A stretch of 63,324 bases of DNA, the filler included, from Basidiobolus ranarum (lineage: Eukaryota), in NCBI GenBank assembly GCA_040143965.1. It is 35 parts of 35 records of this genome, joined end to end, with 100 filler letters (N's around TTAATTAATTAA, not from the genome) between each part and the next. Parts side by side here need not be neighbours in the genome. Positions count along the whole stretch, not along the records: positions 50,782 to 52,489 come from JASJQH010004510.1; positions 52,590 to 54,296 come from JASJQH010004511.1; positions 54,397 to 56,103 come from JASJQH010004512.1; positions 56,204 to 57,909 come from JASJQH010004513.1; positions 58,010 to 59,715 come from JASJQH010004514.1; positions 59,816 to 61,520 come from JASJQH010004515.1; positions 61,621 to 63,324 come from JASJQH010004516.1; 28 more parts are not named here. The stretch is one strand, 5' to 3'. The stretch's first letter is position 1; the number at the start of each line of letters is the position of its first letter. Below, piece by piece: positions 50,782 to 63,324 of the stretch. The notes below the pieces were generated by a model. That model worked only from the letters and a program-made list of their open reading frames with translations, did no database searches and was not told the DNA's origin. A program made the position numbers and the translations under genes.

Positions 50782-52380
50782 ACCAACTTAGAAGTTCTCA
50801 GATATATAGATTTTTCAAACTTGTGCTAGAAGCCCCAAACTTTGCACACATGTTCCTGGGACCTTCCTTAACATATTCTACATGTTAGTTTGGTTACATC
50901 TTGACAAAACTATGAATGTCAACTTTCTACTCAATAAATCAATAAATGAAAACCACCAATTACATATAGTATATTTCCACCAAGACATTAAATGGAAGAT
51001 CACCTGATCATCTTTACATCATCCTCCTTTGTATTGGTCCTTGTAGTCCTGATCACCTCAACACTTGAACTTGCAACAGTAGATTCCCTATTCAGTATAT
51101 TGTGTTTTACCCTGCATTATCTATATAAGCTCTCTGTTTTCCTTGATCAGACCTATTTTTACTTCATGATCCACATGCAACTTATCCATATTTTGTAGCC
51201 AATTGTTGCATGCTATTAGTACTATCCTCTATTTTTTGACATTTATCAGTATTATCCCACATTTGCCCTGTTATTTTCTGCAAATTTCTATAATATTGTA
51301 AAACATTGCACAAGATTCCTGAGATATTTGATGATTGATTAAAATTTGACCAAGCAAAAATTGGTTCTGTAGAAATTATCATGGCCTGAACATCCATACA
51401 GTCAGGTATAGCTTAGTATTTAGTGATCCAATATTTCACTCAGATATTTACCATTATTCTCAATTGGAATTTACTTAGAATATTTTTACAAACTTAAAAG
51501 TTCTCAGATATATTGATTTTTCAAGCTTATACTAGAAGCCACAAACTTTGCACACATATTCCTGGGACCTTCCTTAACATATTCTACATGTTAGTTTGCT
51601 TACATCTTGACAAGCTCTAAATGCCAACTTTCTACTCAATAAGTAAATAGGTAAAAAGCCACCAATTTGTCTAATTCTACAAACCACTTCCAACAGGTTC
51701 CAAAATACTTTTACAGGGTATGTGCCCCAAGCTGGCACTCCCTCTAATATCTACTTCACAAATTTATGGAACTTTTCCCTCATCCAAAAAAATTACATTC
51801 AACCAGTTATCAAGTTTGGAAAACTAAAGTGAAAATCCTGCTGCAAGAACAAGGACTTTGCAACACTGTTATAGGCAAAGCAAATAATGCAAAGCCATCT
51901 AAACCCAAAGCTTTACTCAAGGTTAATAAAGAATAAAGTGCCTTCAACAATATTTGTTTTAATGTTAAAGACAAATTGAAAACTCAAAATTCCAGAGCTA
52001 AAACTGCCAAGAAGTTATGAAAGCCTTAGAAAATACCTACCAAGCATCTTCTGCTGCTAACCAGATGTTTCCAAGAAGAAAATTCTTTAACTTAAAGATG
52101 AAGCCAGGAGAAGACATCAAATCACTGAGTAACAAAGCCACTATTTTAGTAGATGAAACGGAATTCATTGGAATACCAACTACTGATCAAGATAGCATAG
52201 CCACAGTCCTGAATAGCCTGCCACACAAGCTTCAAAGTCTAGTAATGGCTCTAGAATCTAGAACTGAAAATTTGACCTTATATCATGTATTGCCCACACT
52301 TCTGAATGAAGATTTATGCAAATTGGGATCCAACCAAAAAAATGCAGAAAATGCTTTAATAGGGTACGGGAATCCTTCCT
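50782..52380 (+). mobile_element. Mosaic of LTR-A/D/E pieces, then copia-A LTR end (51715), PBS and gag
   Basis: GGGTATGTGCCC; ORF 52017-52430 gag motifs. Confidence 0.8.
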
Positions 52381-52589
52381 CTTTTTTACCGGATGTGTAC
52401 TTACTTTACTATGAAGATTTTCTCTTTTGATAGCTTGAAACTCTTTGGATTCGTGTGTACTTAGAATTGTAACTTATGCGCAGGCAAATNNNNNNNNNNN
52501 NNNNNNNNNNNNNNNNNNNNNNNNNNNNNNNNNTTAATTAATTAANNNNNNNNNNNNNNNNNNNNNNNNNNNNNNNNNNNNNNNNNNNN

Positions 52590-53583
52590 AGTGGGAACTC
52601 TCAGCCAATATCTCAAGAGTCCAGTATCAGAGCACAAAACTGCCGTAAAACAAATAGTAAGATATTTGGGAGGAGATGAAGATCTAGTTCTGAAATACTC
52701 TGCCACTCCTGATGCACAAAACTTTGAATGCTACAGTGATGCAGACCAGGGAAAAACCTTGAAGACAGAAGTTCAACAACTGGGTACACTTTTCTCAGTG
52801 GTACTGCAGCCATAACTTGGAATAGTAAGAAGCAACCAACTGTAGCAATGTCCACAATAGAAGCAGAGTGTGTGGCTGCCTCTGCTACTACACAAGAAGC
52901 TACGTGGTCAAGGAAGCTATTAACTGACTTAGGATACATGCAAAAATGTGCTATTGTTGTGTTAGAAGTATAACAAAGTTGAATTTCCTTAGCTAAAAAC
53001 CACACATTACATGTTAGAACAAAACGTATTTATATTAGGCATCATTTTGTTAGAAAAGCAAAAGAGAATAACATAAGTGAACTTCTCTATTACCCTACCA
53101 TAGAAATGATTACTGCCATCTTAACCAAATCTTTAGCTAAAGCACAATAAGATATATCAAGATACAAGTTAGTATACAAGATATAGAAGATAGTCAGGTG
53201 GGTGGAAATGCAATAAGTTAAGTTTAAGAGAAATACAAAATAATAAGTTGAGTGGAAATGTTGAAATCAGATAAATAGCAACTCATTATTTAGGATTTAG
53301 TTTATTCATATTCTGATTATTTAGCACTCAATTCTGCTATTAAAAAATGTGTTTGTTGCCCCAAATAACAGAAATATCAATTAGATCACTTTTAACAATT
53401 TTCACTATTTTCTCAAAACCTCTCCAAATCCCCTTAATTTTCACCCGTGCTTAACAGGCATGTTTTCAAAGATCTAAGCACATCCAATAGTTCTATTTCA
53501 TATCCAACTATAAAATTCAGTGTCGGATTTACAAAACCAAATCTTGTCTAAAACACTTCCAAATCCCCAAAACAATTTTATCA
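52590..53583 (+). mobile_element. Copia-B RNase H, PPT and 3' LTR-B (53259-53583)
   Basis: YSDAD, KKQPTVAMSTIEAE; TTGAGTGGAAA; TGTTGAAA...TTTTATCA. Confidence 0.9.
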
Positions 53584-53876
53584 CATCCAGGGAGATACTC
53601 TGACAAAAGGCTTTGGGTTGAAAGACCTGAACAATCTGTAAGATATAGAAAGACTATGGTGGATTTGGCCTAAGTTGGGGAAGAATGCAGGAGGCTAAGA
53701 TGTGTCACAGCTAACAAAAGGCCCAGAGGAGGATACTCACAGAGAGGCAAAGGCCTGATAATGACATTTTTTCCTATTTTCAAGCAATAGTAGAACATAA
53801 CTTTGGTTTCTTGAAGAGTATAAAGAAATATCATCTTGAAGGCCTCAATCAAAGTGAGGCAAAGTAGTCAAAATCT

Positions 53877-54131
53877 GGACTAATTTGCAACACATTCATG
53901 CTCAAAAATATCCATTGAGAGCTCTAGACTTGTGACACTATGAATAAAGCTTTTATCATCCTACAAATGTACAATAATGTCTAAAAGCACTTTTCCTAAA
54001 CATCCATCAAAGTACAACTACTGTTTCTGAAATGGTAAATAACATTGTGCTGTGTGGTGCCCAATCATGCCAATATGTGCTGGCACACTTTTTAGCTGGC
54101 CTGATCTGGCTCAATAAGATATAACAACTCC
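53877..54131 (+). mobile_element. MITE family 2, probably full length (~255 bp)
   Basis: GGACTAATT...AACAACTCC followed by ATT; homology to the two other copies. Confidence 0.65.
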
Positions 54132-54396
54132 ATTGCAGGATACTTCTGATACTGCCCACCTTGCTTACAGCTGTAGTTATAGCATGCCTAGTATCAGTAA
54201 TTGCATATGTGGGACTTCCAGCAACACAGAGTTACAGCATATATTTATGACTAAATATCCTCAGGGGTTTTGATTGCATATCTCCAACAAGTTTCANNNN
54301 NNNNNNNNNNNNNNNNNNNNNNNNNNNNNNNNNNNNNNNNTTAATTAATTAANNNNNNNNNNNNNNNNNNNNNNNNNNNNNNNNNNNNNNNNNNNN

Positions 54397-56103
54397 TATA
54401 GGCCTATTCATGAAACATCTCAAAAATGTACGCAATTAACAACTTGGAAAAGAAAGAAAAGCAGCTAAAGAAGTACTCAAGGAGCAGGAAGTTGGTAAAC
54501 CCAAGGGAAAAGCATAGAAGCCAGTGAGTTAAGATTTTACTGTCCCACTTACCAAATAATTCACACCATTACAAAGATCTGAATATCCAGAGTCAGATAT
54601 ACTGGCAAAAAAGCTTAATTTCAGCATGGAACCAGGTACATCAATTGGAAGAGTGCTGAGTTTGGATGTTCATCTAGTACCTAGCATCTCTCAACAAGCC
54701 AAAACACCAGCAAAAAAACCCACAGCACTCCAACCTCTACTGGTACATTTCAATGAGTTGAAATTAGCCCCAAACTTAAGGGCAAGCAAAGAGCCACACA
54801 AACACCACAAAGCACCATCAGTAGTGTCACACTACAAGGATGTATAAAGATAGTAAAATTGCTTGAGGCATGTTTTCAAAATTATGAAGGGAAAAATGCA
54901 GTGCAAGTATGCAGAAAGTGCCTTCAGAAGAAGAACATTTAACTTGACATTTGGTCCAGTGTTGACCATGCAGATATCTGGGAAGGACTTAATACAGAGT
55001 GGCACAATATTGCAGGGTATTGACTAGATAGCTGGAGAAATGTTTATTCAGCAATATTAATTCAATGGTAGGCTTTGATGGAGATATTGATATAAACTTG
55101 TGTTGGATATAAGTTAAACCTGGGATATAAAGAACTTTATAAAAATATTCAGGTGAATATATCAAAGAATTTAGGGATTTCAAAGTTAACAAATTAGTGT
55201 TCAAGTGGTAATTATGTAAAATTTGAGTTTTGTTTCTTGCATATGTGTTGATTCATAGTTCTTTGAGATTGTAGCCCATCATGAGCATTTATTTTGCAAG
55301 ATCTCTTTTTCGATTTGATACTATCCATGATATCTGGACGTAAATCACCAGTGCTTATAGATAGCTTCTTGGAGCCTTTGATTGTGGAATTTGAATGGTT
55401 ATCTAATGGGGTTCATATGTGTGAATATTTTATTAAAGCTAATAACATTGTATGTATTGGTGACACTCCTGCCATCAGTAAGTTGGAGACCTTTGTGGGC
55501 ACAATGCACTATCTTGTTATAGATTTTGTCAAATTCATGGAGTTTATTCTAACAGGCATACCCATTACTACTATCCAAATACAACACTAAACTTCATGAT
55601 TTTACCATCAAGAGCCTAGTCAGATTTGAATATGATCACTGATATCAATTCACCAAATAGTCAGTCAAACATCAAACTTGGAATTAACCATAAGCCTAAG
55701 ATTATATTGCTCAAGGGGATTGGATGGAACCAGAGATTCCCATTAGGCATTATGTGCTTACTAATCAGCAACATCTCAATACTACTTCCTCAGATATATA
55801 GTAGTAAAATCAATGTGAACAAGCCATCTGGGATACAATCAGAGTTTGAAGTGATTGGGAAAATGCTTGAAAATGCCAAGATACTATTGTATGTTACCAC
55901 AACTCACAGCAATATCCACTCATCTAAACATTTGTGCAAATGCAATGACTGGAAGTATTGGATTTGTATATATTCCAGTGGAATTTTGAAAAGATTTCTG
56001 CTTGATAAGTATTAAGAACATTGGGAGTTGTTTGTGTATATTGCTAATATATTTTTACAGCATCAACTCACATTGGCAAATCTCAGGCAGACACAGCAAT
56101 TGA
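54397..56103 (+). mobile_element. CMC ORF2 C-terminal half (to ~55303) joined to a transposase fragment
   Basis: ORF2 homology; DSFLEPLIVEFEWLSNG, IGDTPAISKL. Confidence 0.85.
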
Positions 56104-56203
56104 NNNNNNNNNNNNNNNNNNNNNNNNNNNNNNNNNNNNNNNNNNNNTTAATTAATTAANNNNNNNNNNNNNNNNNNNNNNNNNNNNNNNNNNNNNNNNN
56201 NNN

Positions 56204-56323
56204 CAATATAGGCATAGCATACAAGGACTGGTAGCTCAGTGGTTAGAGCACCTTGCTAGAGTGAAGGAGGCCCCAGGTTCAAATCCTGGCCAGACCAATA
56301 TTTCTCCCTAAATAGTTTCAATA
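56204..56323 (+). mobile_element. tRNA-carrying LTR-like element, copy 2 (3' end)
   Basis: Ends TTTCAATA; copia RNase H resumes at 56324 (GATATACC, cf. the uninterrupted copy at 32520-32570 minus). Confidence 0.75.
56225..56297 (+). tRNA. tRNA-like sequence (pseudo-tRNA), copy 2
   Basis: 72/73 identical to 16387-16459; A and B boxes intact. Confidence 0.85.
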
Positions 56324-57124
56324 GATATACCTTTCTCCATAGTGAAGCAGCCATATCTTGGAATAGCAAGAAACAACCCACCATAGCACTTTCAACAACT
56401 GAAGCAGAATACATGGTGGCATCACACACAAGAAAGGAAGCTATGTGGTTAAGGAAGCTATTCCAAGACTTGGGCATTATTCAAAGTTCACCTACCATAA
56501 TTTTCAAGGATATTCAAAGTTACATTTCTTTAGCTAAAAATCCCAAATTTCACACTAGAAGTAAGCACATTAATATTCAACATCACTTTGTTAGGGAAGC
56601 TATTGAGAATAAGCACATCCAACTGGAGTACTGTCCAACTGAGGACATGATTGCTGACATCCTTACTGAACCATTACCAAAGCCAAAATATGAAGAATTA
56701 AGACTTAAGTTAGGATTATGATATATGAATATTTAGTTGAGTGGGAGTGTTAAAGTTTATTGTCATTATCATATTTGTTATCTATACCTTTATACACCTA
56801 ACTATTTCATATGTCACATATAAGTTAGTTAACATTAATTAGTCAAATATCACTTAGCTGAAAATTGGAACATATGTTATATATATATGTGAATATTGTG
56901 AGATTTAGCAATTCCATATTGGAAATTTCAAACTTGCCCAAATTGCCCCATAGATAGCTCATTTTACTCCCACTGATGTTCTGAACACAACCCCCCTGTT
57001 AGTTTTCTGTATTTTGATCAAAATGTAAAATTGCTTTATTTCTGGACAATAAATAATTATCTGACAAAGCTATTCACAACTCCACTTTTCTAAAGTTCCC
57101 CCAAATGGCCCATATTTTCCAATA
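56324..57124 (+). mobile_element. Copia-C RNase H, PPT and 3' LTR-C (56748-57124)
   Basis: RSKHINIQHHFVRE, MIADILT; TTGAGTGGGAG; ends TTCCAATA. Confidence 0.92.
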
Positions 57125-57909
57125 GAAAACCCTAAAAAAGTTTGCAGACTCTGGAAAACACTATATGGCCTAAAACAATCTCCAAGAGCTTGGAATAGCA
57201 AGAAAGACACTTTTTTGAAAACACTCAAATTCCAAAAGAGTAATGCTGACTATAGGATCTACTTTAGGCCAGATAAGACAGGCATAGTTTATTAGCCTTA
57301 CATGTAAAAGATCTTATCAAAGCAACCAATGACTTGCAGACTTTGGAGAAAACCAAATCCAACTCATCTGCCAAATTAAAAATATCTGATCTTGGTGTAC
57401 TGATGTACTATCTTGCAATCCAAATTAAGATAGATAGAACTACCAAAAAAATAACTTTAAACCAGTCTAAGTACATCCTAGATATACTAAAGAAGTTTCA
57501 AGTGGAAGAAAGTAATCTAGTTTCTACACCAATGGAGACAAATATTAACTTGACCAAAAATGGCTTAACTGAGACTTTTTTAGATTGAAATGAAAGCCAA
57601 AAATTTCCTTATCAATTTATTGTTAGTAGTCTGATGTCTATCATGCTTAGAACTGTTGAAATTAGCATTGCCTAAACACCTATATAGTGATATATAACTT
57701 AGTACTTAGTAATCTCATAACTCCCTAAGATATTATCAATTATTCTCAATCATAATTTACTTAGAATATTTTTACCAACTTAGAAGTTCTCAGATATATA
57801 GATTTTTCAAACTTGTGATAGGAGCCCCACACTTTGCACACATGTTCCTGGGACCTTCCTTAACACATTCTACATGTTAGTTTGCTTACATCTTGACAAA
57901 ACTATAAAA
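57125..57909 (+). mobile_element. Copia-A RT fragment interrupted by LTR-A (from 57654)
   Basis: LYGLKQSPRAWN; TGTTGAAATTAGCATTG. Confidence 0.88.
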
Positions 57910-58009
57910 NNNNNNNNNNNNNNNNNNNNNNNNNNNNNNNNNNNNNNNNNNNNTTAATTAATTAANNNNNNNNNNNNNNNNNNNNNNNNNNNNNNNNNNN
58001 NNNNNNNNN

Positions 58010-59715
58010 AAAACTGATAGAAGATAGCTACCTTTATTACATATATATGAGCAAGTATTGTATTTACTAAACTGTGAATTTTATGTATACTAAACAGCTT
58101 TATTGATCTTGTTAATACAATGCTGGTAGCGAGTGATCAGATAATGATGTTAATTTGATAGGCCTTAGTATGTCACTATAGCAGTGTTCCAAGTTTGATT
58201 CATATATGTAGAAGTTTATCAATTCTCAATAAAATCTCTATCAGTGTGCAGGTTTGGGGCGATGGTGGACTCAAGTGAATTGTCTCCTGTTGTAATGCAT
58301 TTGACGGGTATTGCGGTGAGGCAATATTTAGATTGCTGCTTGGAGGCTAATTTGTGAATAAAATTTAATTAGAGGAAGTGCCCTGGTATTGCGACGCTTC
58401 TAGAAACCAATTCTTCGATAATGATTTCTAGTCGAGGCAAATTGAATACCATACAGATAAGATAGCTGATCGGCTGATTTCCACATTCTTGTTTTTATAT
58501 ACTTGAGAATTATAGAGTAATCTATACACTCTTACACATCCAAAACAGCCCCACCAAGTGTAACGAATCACTCAACTACTTTATAGGCCACATCTGTTTT
58601 TGCAGGATTCTGCAAATGTTCAGTGAGGAAAAGCCTGAAGACTAAGAAATCTCGGGTTGTAGAAACTGTAACAGTAGCCATATATACTTCATTAATCGCA
58701 GATATTTCTTGAACCTCCACAAAGTCTCGTTCTTTCATATACATCATGCTAGTAAAGCAGTCATGGCTATTATGATTCATCATATGGTATATGTAGCATG
58801 AAACAAAACAATTTATATATGGGCTTACTTTGTGGTTTACAGTTATTTTAACCTACTCACCTATGCTACAACGAGTAAGACTTTTCGAAGCCAAATCATC
58901 ACCAACAGGAACTGCCATGTTGCTCTATAGTCTCCCAGTTTCTGTTAACTATAAGATGCGCTTTGCTACACTCTTAAGAGTATATTGGGATATGAATAGT
59001 GTATTTGAAGTTCGTTCTTGTTAGTCAATTCATTAATTTAACTTGAAGCATTTACCGATCAAGGTTTAGTTTCTTCGTATTTCTTCTGGTGAAAATTGTA
59101 ACCAAGCTACTCTTCTAGGTACCAAATGCCTCTAGTACAACTTTACCATTGTTTAACAAGTTACTTTAATCAAGGTTTATAAAGAATAGTTAGAGATACT
59201 TGAATAGAATTTAGATATTAATATATGATACTGGCCGCATTATTGAATTTACTTGATCTCTGGTGAGGAGATTTCAACCTACGGAAAAGCTGTGGAGTGC
59301 TCTATTTCTTTCACTTTTAGGTGTTTATTAGTTTCCTTATTTAGTAACGGAAATAATTACTGTTTTTGATACTGATTGCTCTATTCCTGGCTAAACTAGT
59401 TTTCTTCCATTGGCTAATGGGGCCCAGAATTATGAGAAATGACCACAATGATTAAGTTTGTGTAACCAGGAGGTAAGAAATAGGAGCAGCAAAGGGCAGA
59501 TCTTTCGATGATGAAGATAAAGTAAAGGAATATGCATGCGCATTCCTTATAATAAATGGAAAAGAGTTTGGAAATAAAGCTTGTAGTTCTGAATGATCTC
59601 TGTCGGTCTATCTCCGAGAAATATGAGTGACATACCAAAATTGAAGCGATTAGAAATCAAGGAGAACAAGATACATGCAAAAACTCAAACACTTTATTCA
59701 CCAATTTAAAGCGTA
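58010..59715. other. Non-repetitive, CpG-retaining sequence; no gene recognised
   Basis: No match by eye to the repeat families in this window; only short ORFs. Confidence 0.4.
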
Positions 59716-59815
59716 NNNNNNNNNNNNNNNNNNNNNNNNNNNNNNNNNNNNNNNNNNNNTTAATTAATTAANNNNNNNNNNNNNNNNNNNNNNNNNNNNN
59801 NNNNNNNNNNNNNNN

Positions 59816-61520
59816 CTAAGTGATATTTGACTAAATAATGTTGACTAACTTATATGTGATATATGAAATAGTTAGGTGTATAAAGATAGAGATAACAAAT
59901 ATGATAAAGACAATAAACTTCAACAGTTTTACCCCATGTGTTGAGCAGAAGTTAGAAAAGAGTTGTGAGGTATTTTCCCCTCCATTATAAGTAATGATAA
60001 TCTTAATCTTTAGACCTATTTCAGTCTCCACCATTGCTTTGAATTTCTTGAAGGTATCAAAGGCTTCAACCTTACTGGCCAGAAAGTACACCCAAGTATA
60101 CTTTGTCTTATCATCAATAAAGGTCATAAAATCCCTTTTTCCACCTAAGAATTTTTCTGCCTTGGGTCACACAGATCTGAGTGTTTCAGACCCAATTTTT
60201 AATCAATTTTGCTCATTCCAGAGCCCACAAATGGCTGTCTGTGTTGCCTACCATATTGTCAAGATTCTGATCTTGGCATACTGATCCACTGCAAATAGAA
60301 CTCTTCTATTATTAGATTATGACATCATATCTGCTGTACCATCCCTTCTCAGCAATCTTGTGCTGGTTCATCAAGATTACCTTATATGGAAGTCATGTTC
60401 CTTGGAACATTCCATGAAACCTAACCAAGCATGTCATCCCACAGATAGTGTATTTCCACCAAGACCTTCCACGGAAGGCCACCTGATCATCCTTACATCA
60501 TACTTACATCATCCATCTTTGTATTGGTCCTTGTAGTCCCCAACACCCCAACTCTTGAACTTGCCACAGTATATTCCCTATTTGGTGTATTATGTTTCAC
60601 CTTGCTATATCTATGTAAGCCCCATGTATTCCTTGAGCAGACCTCAGTCTGATCAATGCCAGTTATCAATCAATATTCTTGCCAAAGTATCTTCCTTGTC
60701 CAGTCTTGTCTTGTGGTCTACACCCAAGTACTCCCCTGCCTTCTAGCCTCTTGTCATTGTTCTCAGATCTTGTGCAGTTCCTTATTGTGACACATATAGG
60801 TATCCTTCACATAGTTCCAGATCTGGTGGAATTACAAAATTTAGTCTCAAAACCATCTTGTTTCCGATTACATTTCACATATTTTCAGCCCCTAGTTGTC
60901 CCAATCTCCTATGCCAGATTTTCACATCTATCTCTTCAGCTGTGGCAGCATTAACTTGTTCATATATTGGCCAAATATAACAAAGTTTACAGTTATTTTG
61001 CTTAGCTCCAGAAGCCATGTAATTCCCTTTCTGATCCCTGATTGTACAACCATTGTGATCAAAATTAACACTATATCCCTCAGATGTAGCTTTACTCACT
61101 GATAACAAATATTTTGCTATCCCAGGCACATATAGCATGTTTTTCAGTGTCAAATGCATGTCCTCAGAGATGCTCCCAAGATCCACTTCAATTTCTCCCA
61201 CTCCTAGAGCTTCTAGTGGCTGGTCATCTCCTATATAAACCTTCTTATTTATGTCAGTTTTGAGTGTCTCAAACCTGTTTTTTTGATAAGAGAAATGTTG
61301 AGAGGCTCCAGAATCAATATACAACAACCTACAGTGTTGTTTAGAGGTCACTCATGGGGCAGAAATGAATGAAACTTCCTCTTTGGTTGAAACCTAATTT
61401 GCTTGTTCTGACTTCTCATTTTTGTTGTAATTTCTTCATTGGCAATCATTCAACTGGTTTCTTGGTTTGTTACAACCATAGCATAGACCTGGTTTCCTTC
61501 TTTTGTAACCTTTGTACTGG
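59816..61520 (-). mobile_element. Copia-C gag end, protease and integrase, interrupted by LTR-C (59816-59925) and a solo LTR-D
   Basis: YIDSGASQH, WHRRLG, MTFIDDKTKYTWVYF. Confidence 0.92.
60257..60792 (+). repeat. Complete solo LTR-D (536 bp) with 5-bp TSD
   Basis: CATAT-TGTCA...TGACA-CATAT; removing it restores the integrase CEG.LYG sequence. Confidence 0.92.
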
Positions 61521-61620
61521 NNNNNNNNNNNNNNNNNNNNNNNNNNNNNNNNNNNNNNNNNNNNTTAATTAATTAANNNNNNNNNNNNNNNNNNNNNNNN
61601 NNNNNNNNNNNNNNNNNNNN

Positions 61621-63324
61621 CAGTACTTCTTTAGCTACTTTTCTTTCTTTTCCAAGTTGATAATTTTGTACATTTATGAGATGTTTAGTGAATAGGTCTA
61701 TACTAGCCCAATTGCCATTTGCTTGCAAAAACCTAGGATAAGCCACATAAAACAAGTCAAGAACCTTCAGAGTAAAGCCTAGACCAGACAACTTTGAGGA
61801 CATGCTACTATATACTGACCATGATTATTCCAGTACTGATGGCAGCATGTCATATTATCAAGAAGAAGACAATGGTTTTGTTGCAGACTCTTTGTTATTG
61901 GCAGGCATCAGTCCACTTGTAATACTTGCAGTAAAGAAAGCAGCTTTGATTATTGAGGAGTGGAGAGTTCAATCTGATATTAGTAATCAGTTGTTTACTG
62001 GTGTTTTTCAACTTTACCTCAGTTGATTGGCAACCATTGGTTACCACAGATCTTGTACAAGTGGAAAACACTTATCAATTGTATGTTTTGTAACCCTTCA
62101 GTAATTGAACTAAATTCATGTCCATTTGTTGTTGGGCTTTCACTGGTAATTGGAAAAACCTGAAGTCATGTGCTGTTTGCACATAACTGGCATTCACTGA
62201 ATCAGGTAAATATTGTTCATACTTGGCATATATACCATTGATTACTTGTCTTCAAGTTTTAATAAAATCACCCAAATATAGATAGTTGATCTTGTACTAA
62301 AGTACTCATCTCAAAGCTGATGGTGTTACCAACATACATGATGGCTGCCAGAGTCTGAAAAGGCAGCATTTCTTTGAGAAAGCATTTGATCATGCATTTG
62401 CTCTGGATGGTTTTTCACTAAACAAATATACCATTGGAAAGGCTTGCTGGCCATGTGACTCTAATTAAATTAAATCTTCTTTCTTCTGAATAGTATAAGA
62501 GTCATAATATTCTTGAAATATCCATCATATCTGGGCCTTAATACCAGTACTTAAAGATAACTTCTTGGAGCTTCTGATTGTGCAATTTGAATGGTTATCT
62601 AATGAGGTTCAGCTGGGTGACTATTTTTTTAAAGCTAATATCATTGTATATATTGGTGACACTTCTGCCATTAGTAAAATTGGAGGTTTTTGTGGGCTTC
62701 ATGTACTATCTTGCTATAGATTCTCTCAGATCAATGCAATTGACTCTACCAGGCATATGCATCACCACTATTTAAACCCCAACAAAAATAAAACTGATTT
62801 GATCCAAATTGGATCCACCCCTCTGGATTGCAAAGCTGTAAGAGTACTGTCATAATATTGGTGCCCTAACAGAAATTTGAGGACTGTTATTGTAGCAAAA
62901 CCATGACAATTTTTATCCATTTTGGATTGACCATGTACTTACCATCAAAAAATTGTCAAGTCAGATTTGATTTTAATCAATTTTTTCAGTTTAAGAAGTG
63001 AAATATCAAGATCTCAAAAAATAGTTGCACATGATTGGCTACCATCTCAGAGAACTATGGATCAACACATGTGCAAAAAACATAACTCAAATTTTACACA
63101 TTTACCACTTGAATGCTAATTCATCACCTTTAAAATCCCTAGTTTCTTTGATATATTATCCTGAATATTTTTATAGACTTCTTCACACCCAAGGTTTAGC
63201 TCATACCCAACACAAGTTAGTATCAATAGCTCCATCAAAGCCCGCCATTGTATTAACATTGCTGAATCAACATTCTTCCAGCTATCTAGCAGATACCCCG
63301 CAATATTGTGCCACTCTGTATTAA
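61621..63324. mobile_element. Triple-nested CMC: ORF2(-) fused to transposase(+), interrupted by terminus B at 62777, itself interrupted by terminus A at 62864
   Basis: CCCCAACAAAAAT at 62777; CCCTAACAGAAAT at 62864. Confidence 0.85.

Noticed and set aside
56225-56297. Amber suppressor (CTA in the loop) or functional Ser tRNA
   Set aside because: CTA is not at positions 34-36 in the canonical register, both stems carry mismatches, and there is no long variable arm.

Overview
This window is not contiguous DNA. It consists of 35 short contigs (1720 down to 1704 bp, sorted by length) joined by artificial 100-nt linkers (N44-TTAATTAATTAA-N44, stops in all six frames), so adjacency is meaningful only within a contig. 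The source is a eukaryote, almost certainly a fungus: introns are about 60-75 nt GT-AG with CTAAC/CTGAC branch sites, and there is a Nup170-like gene. An early-diverging lineage is plausible but unproven. Most of the sequence is a nested, decayed, CpG-depleted transposon graveyard. It contains (i) one abundant CMC/CACTA (EnSpm, Tnp2-type) DNA transposon family with CCCTAACARAAAT termini and two head-to-head ORFs; (ii) at least three Ty1/copia families with Ty5/Drosophila-copia-type GGTTATGAGCCC primer sites; (iii) Ty3/gypsy fragments and several further LTR families; and (iv) two related MITE families with GGACTTGTTCC ends. Host genes are fragments only: nucleoporin Nup170/155, a coiled-coil protein C-terminus, a tandem pair of NADP-dependent alkenal reductases, and an amidohydrolase-family decarboxylase pseudogene. 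The most interesting signal is a ~280-bp LTR-like element carrying a complete tRNA-like Pol III cassette (two copies; a Cassandra/Helenus-like design). Next are the divergent two-gene CMC element and a CpG-eroded 114-bp (38-codon) repeat array lying between two transposon ends. LTR family labels A-G are my own. Boundaries of decayed repeats are approximate unless a terminal motif is quoted.
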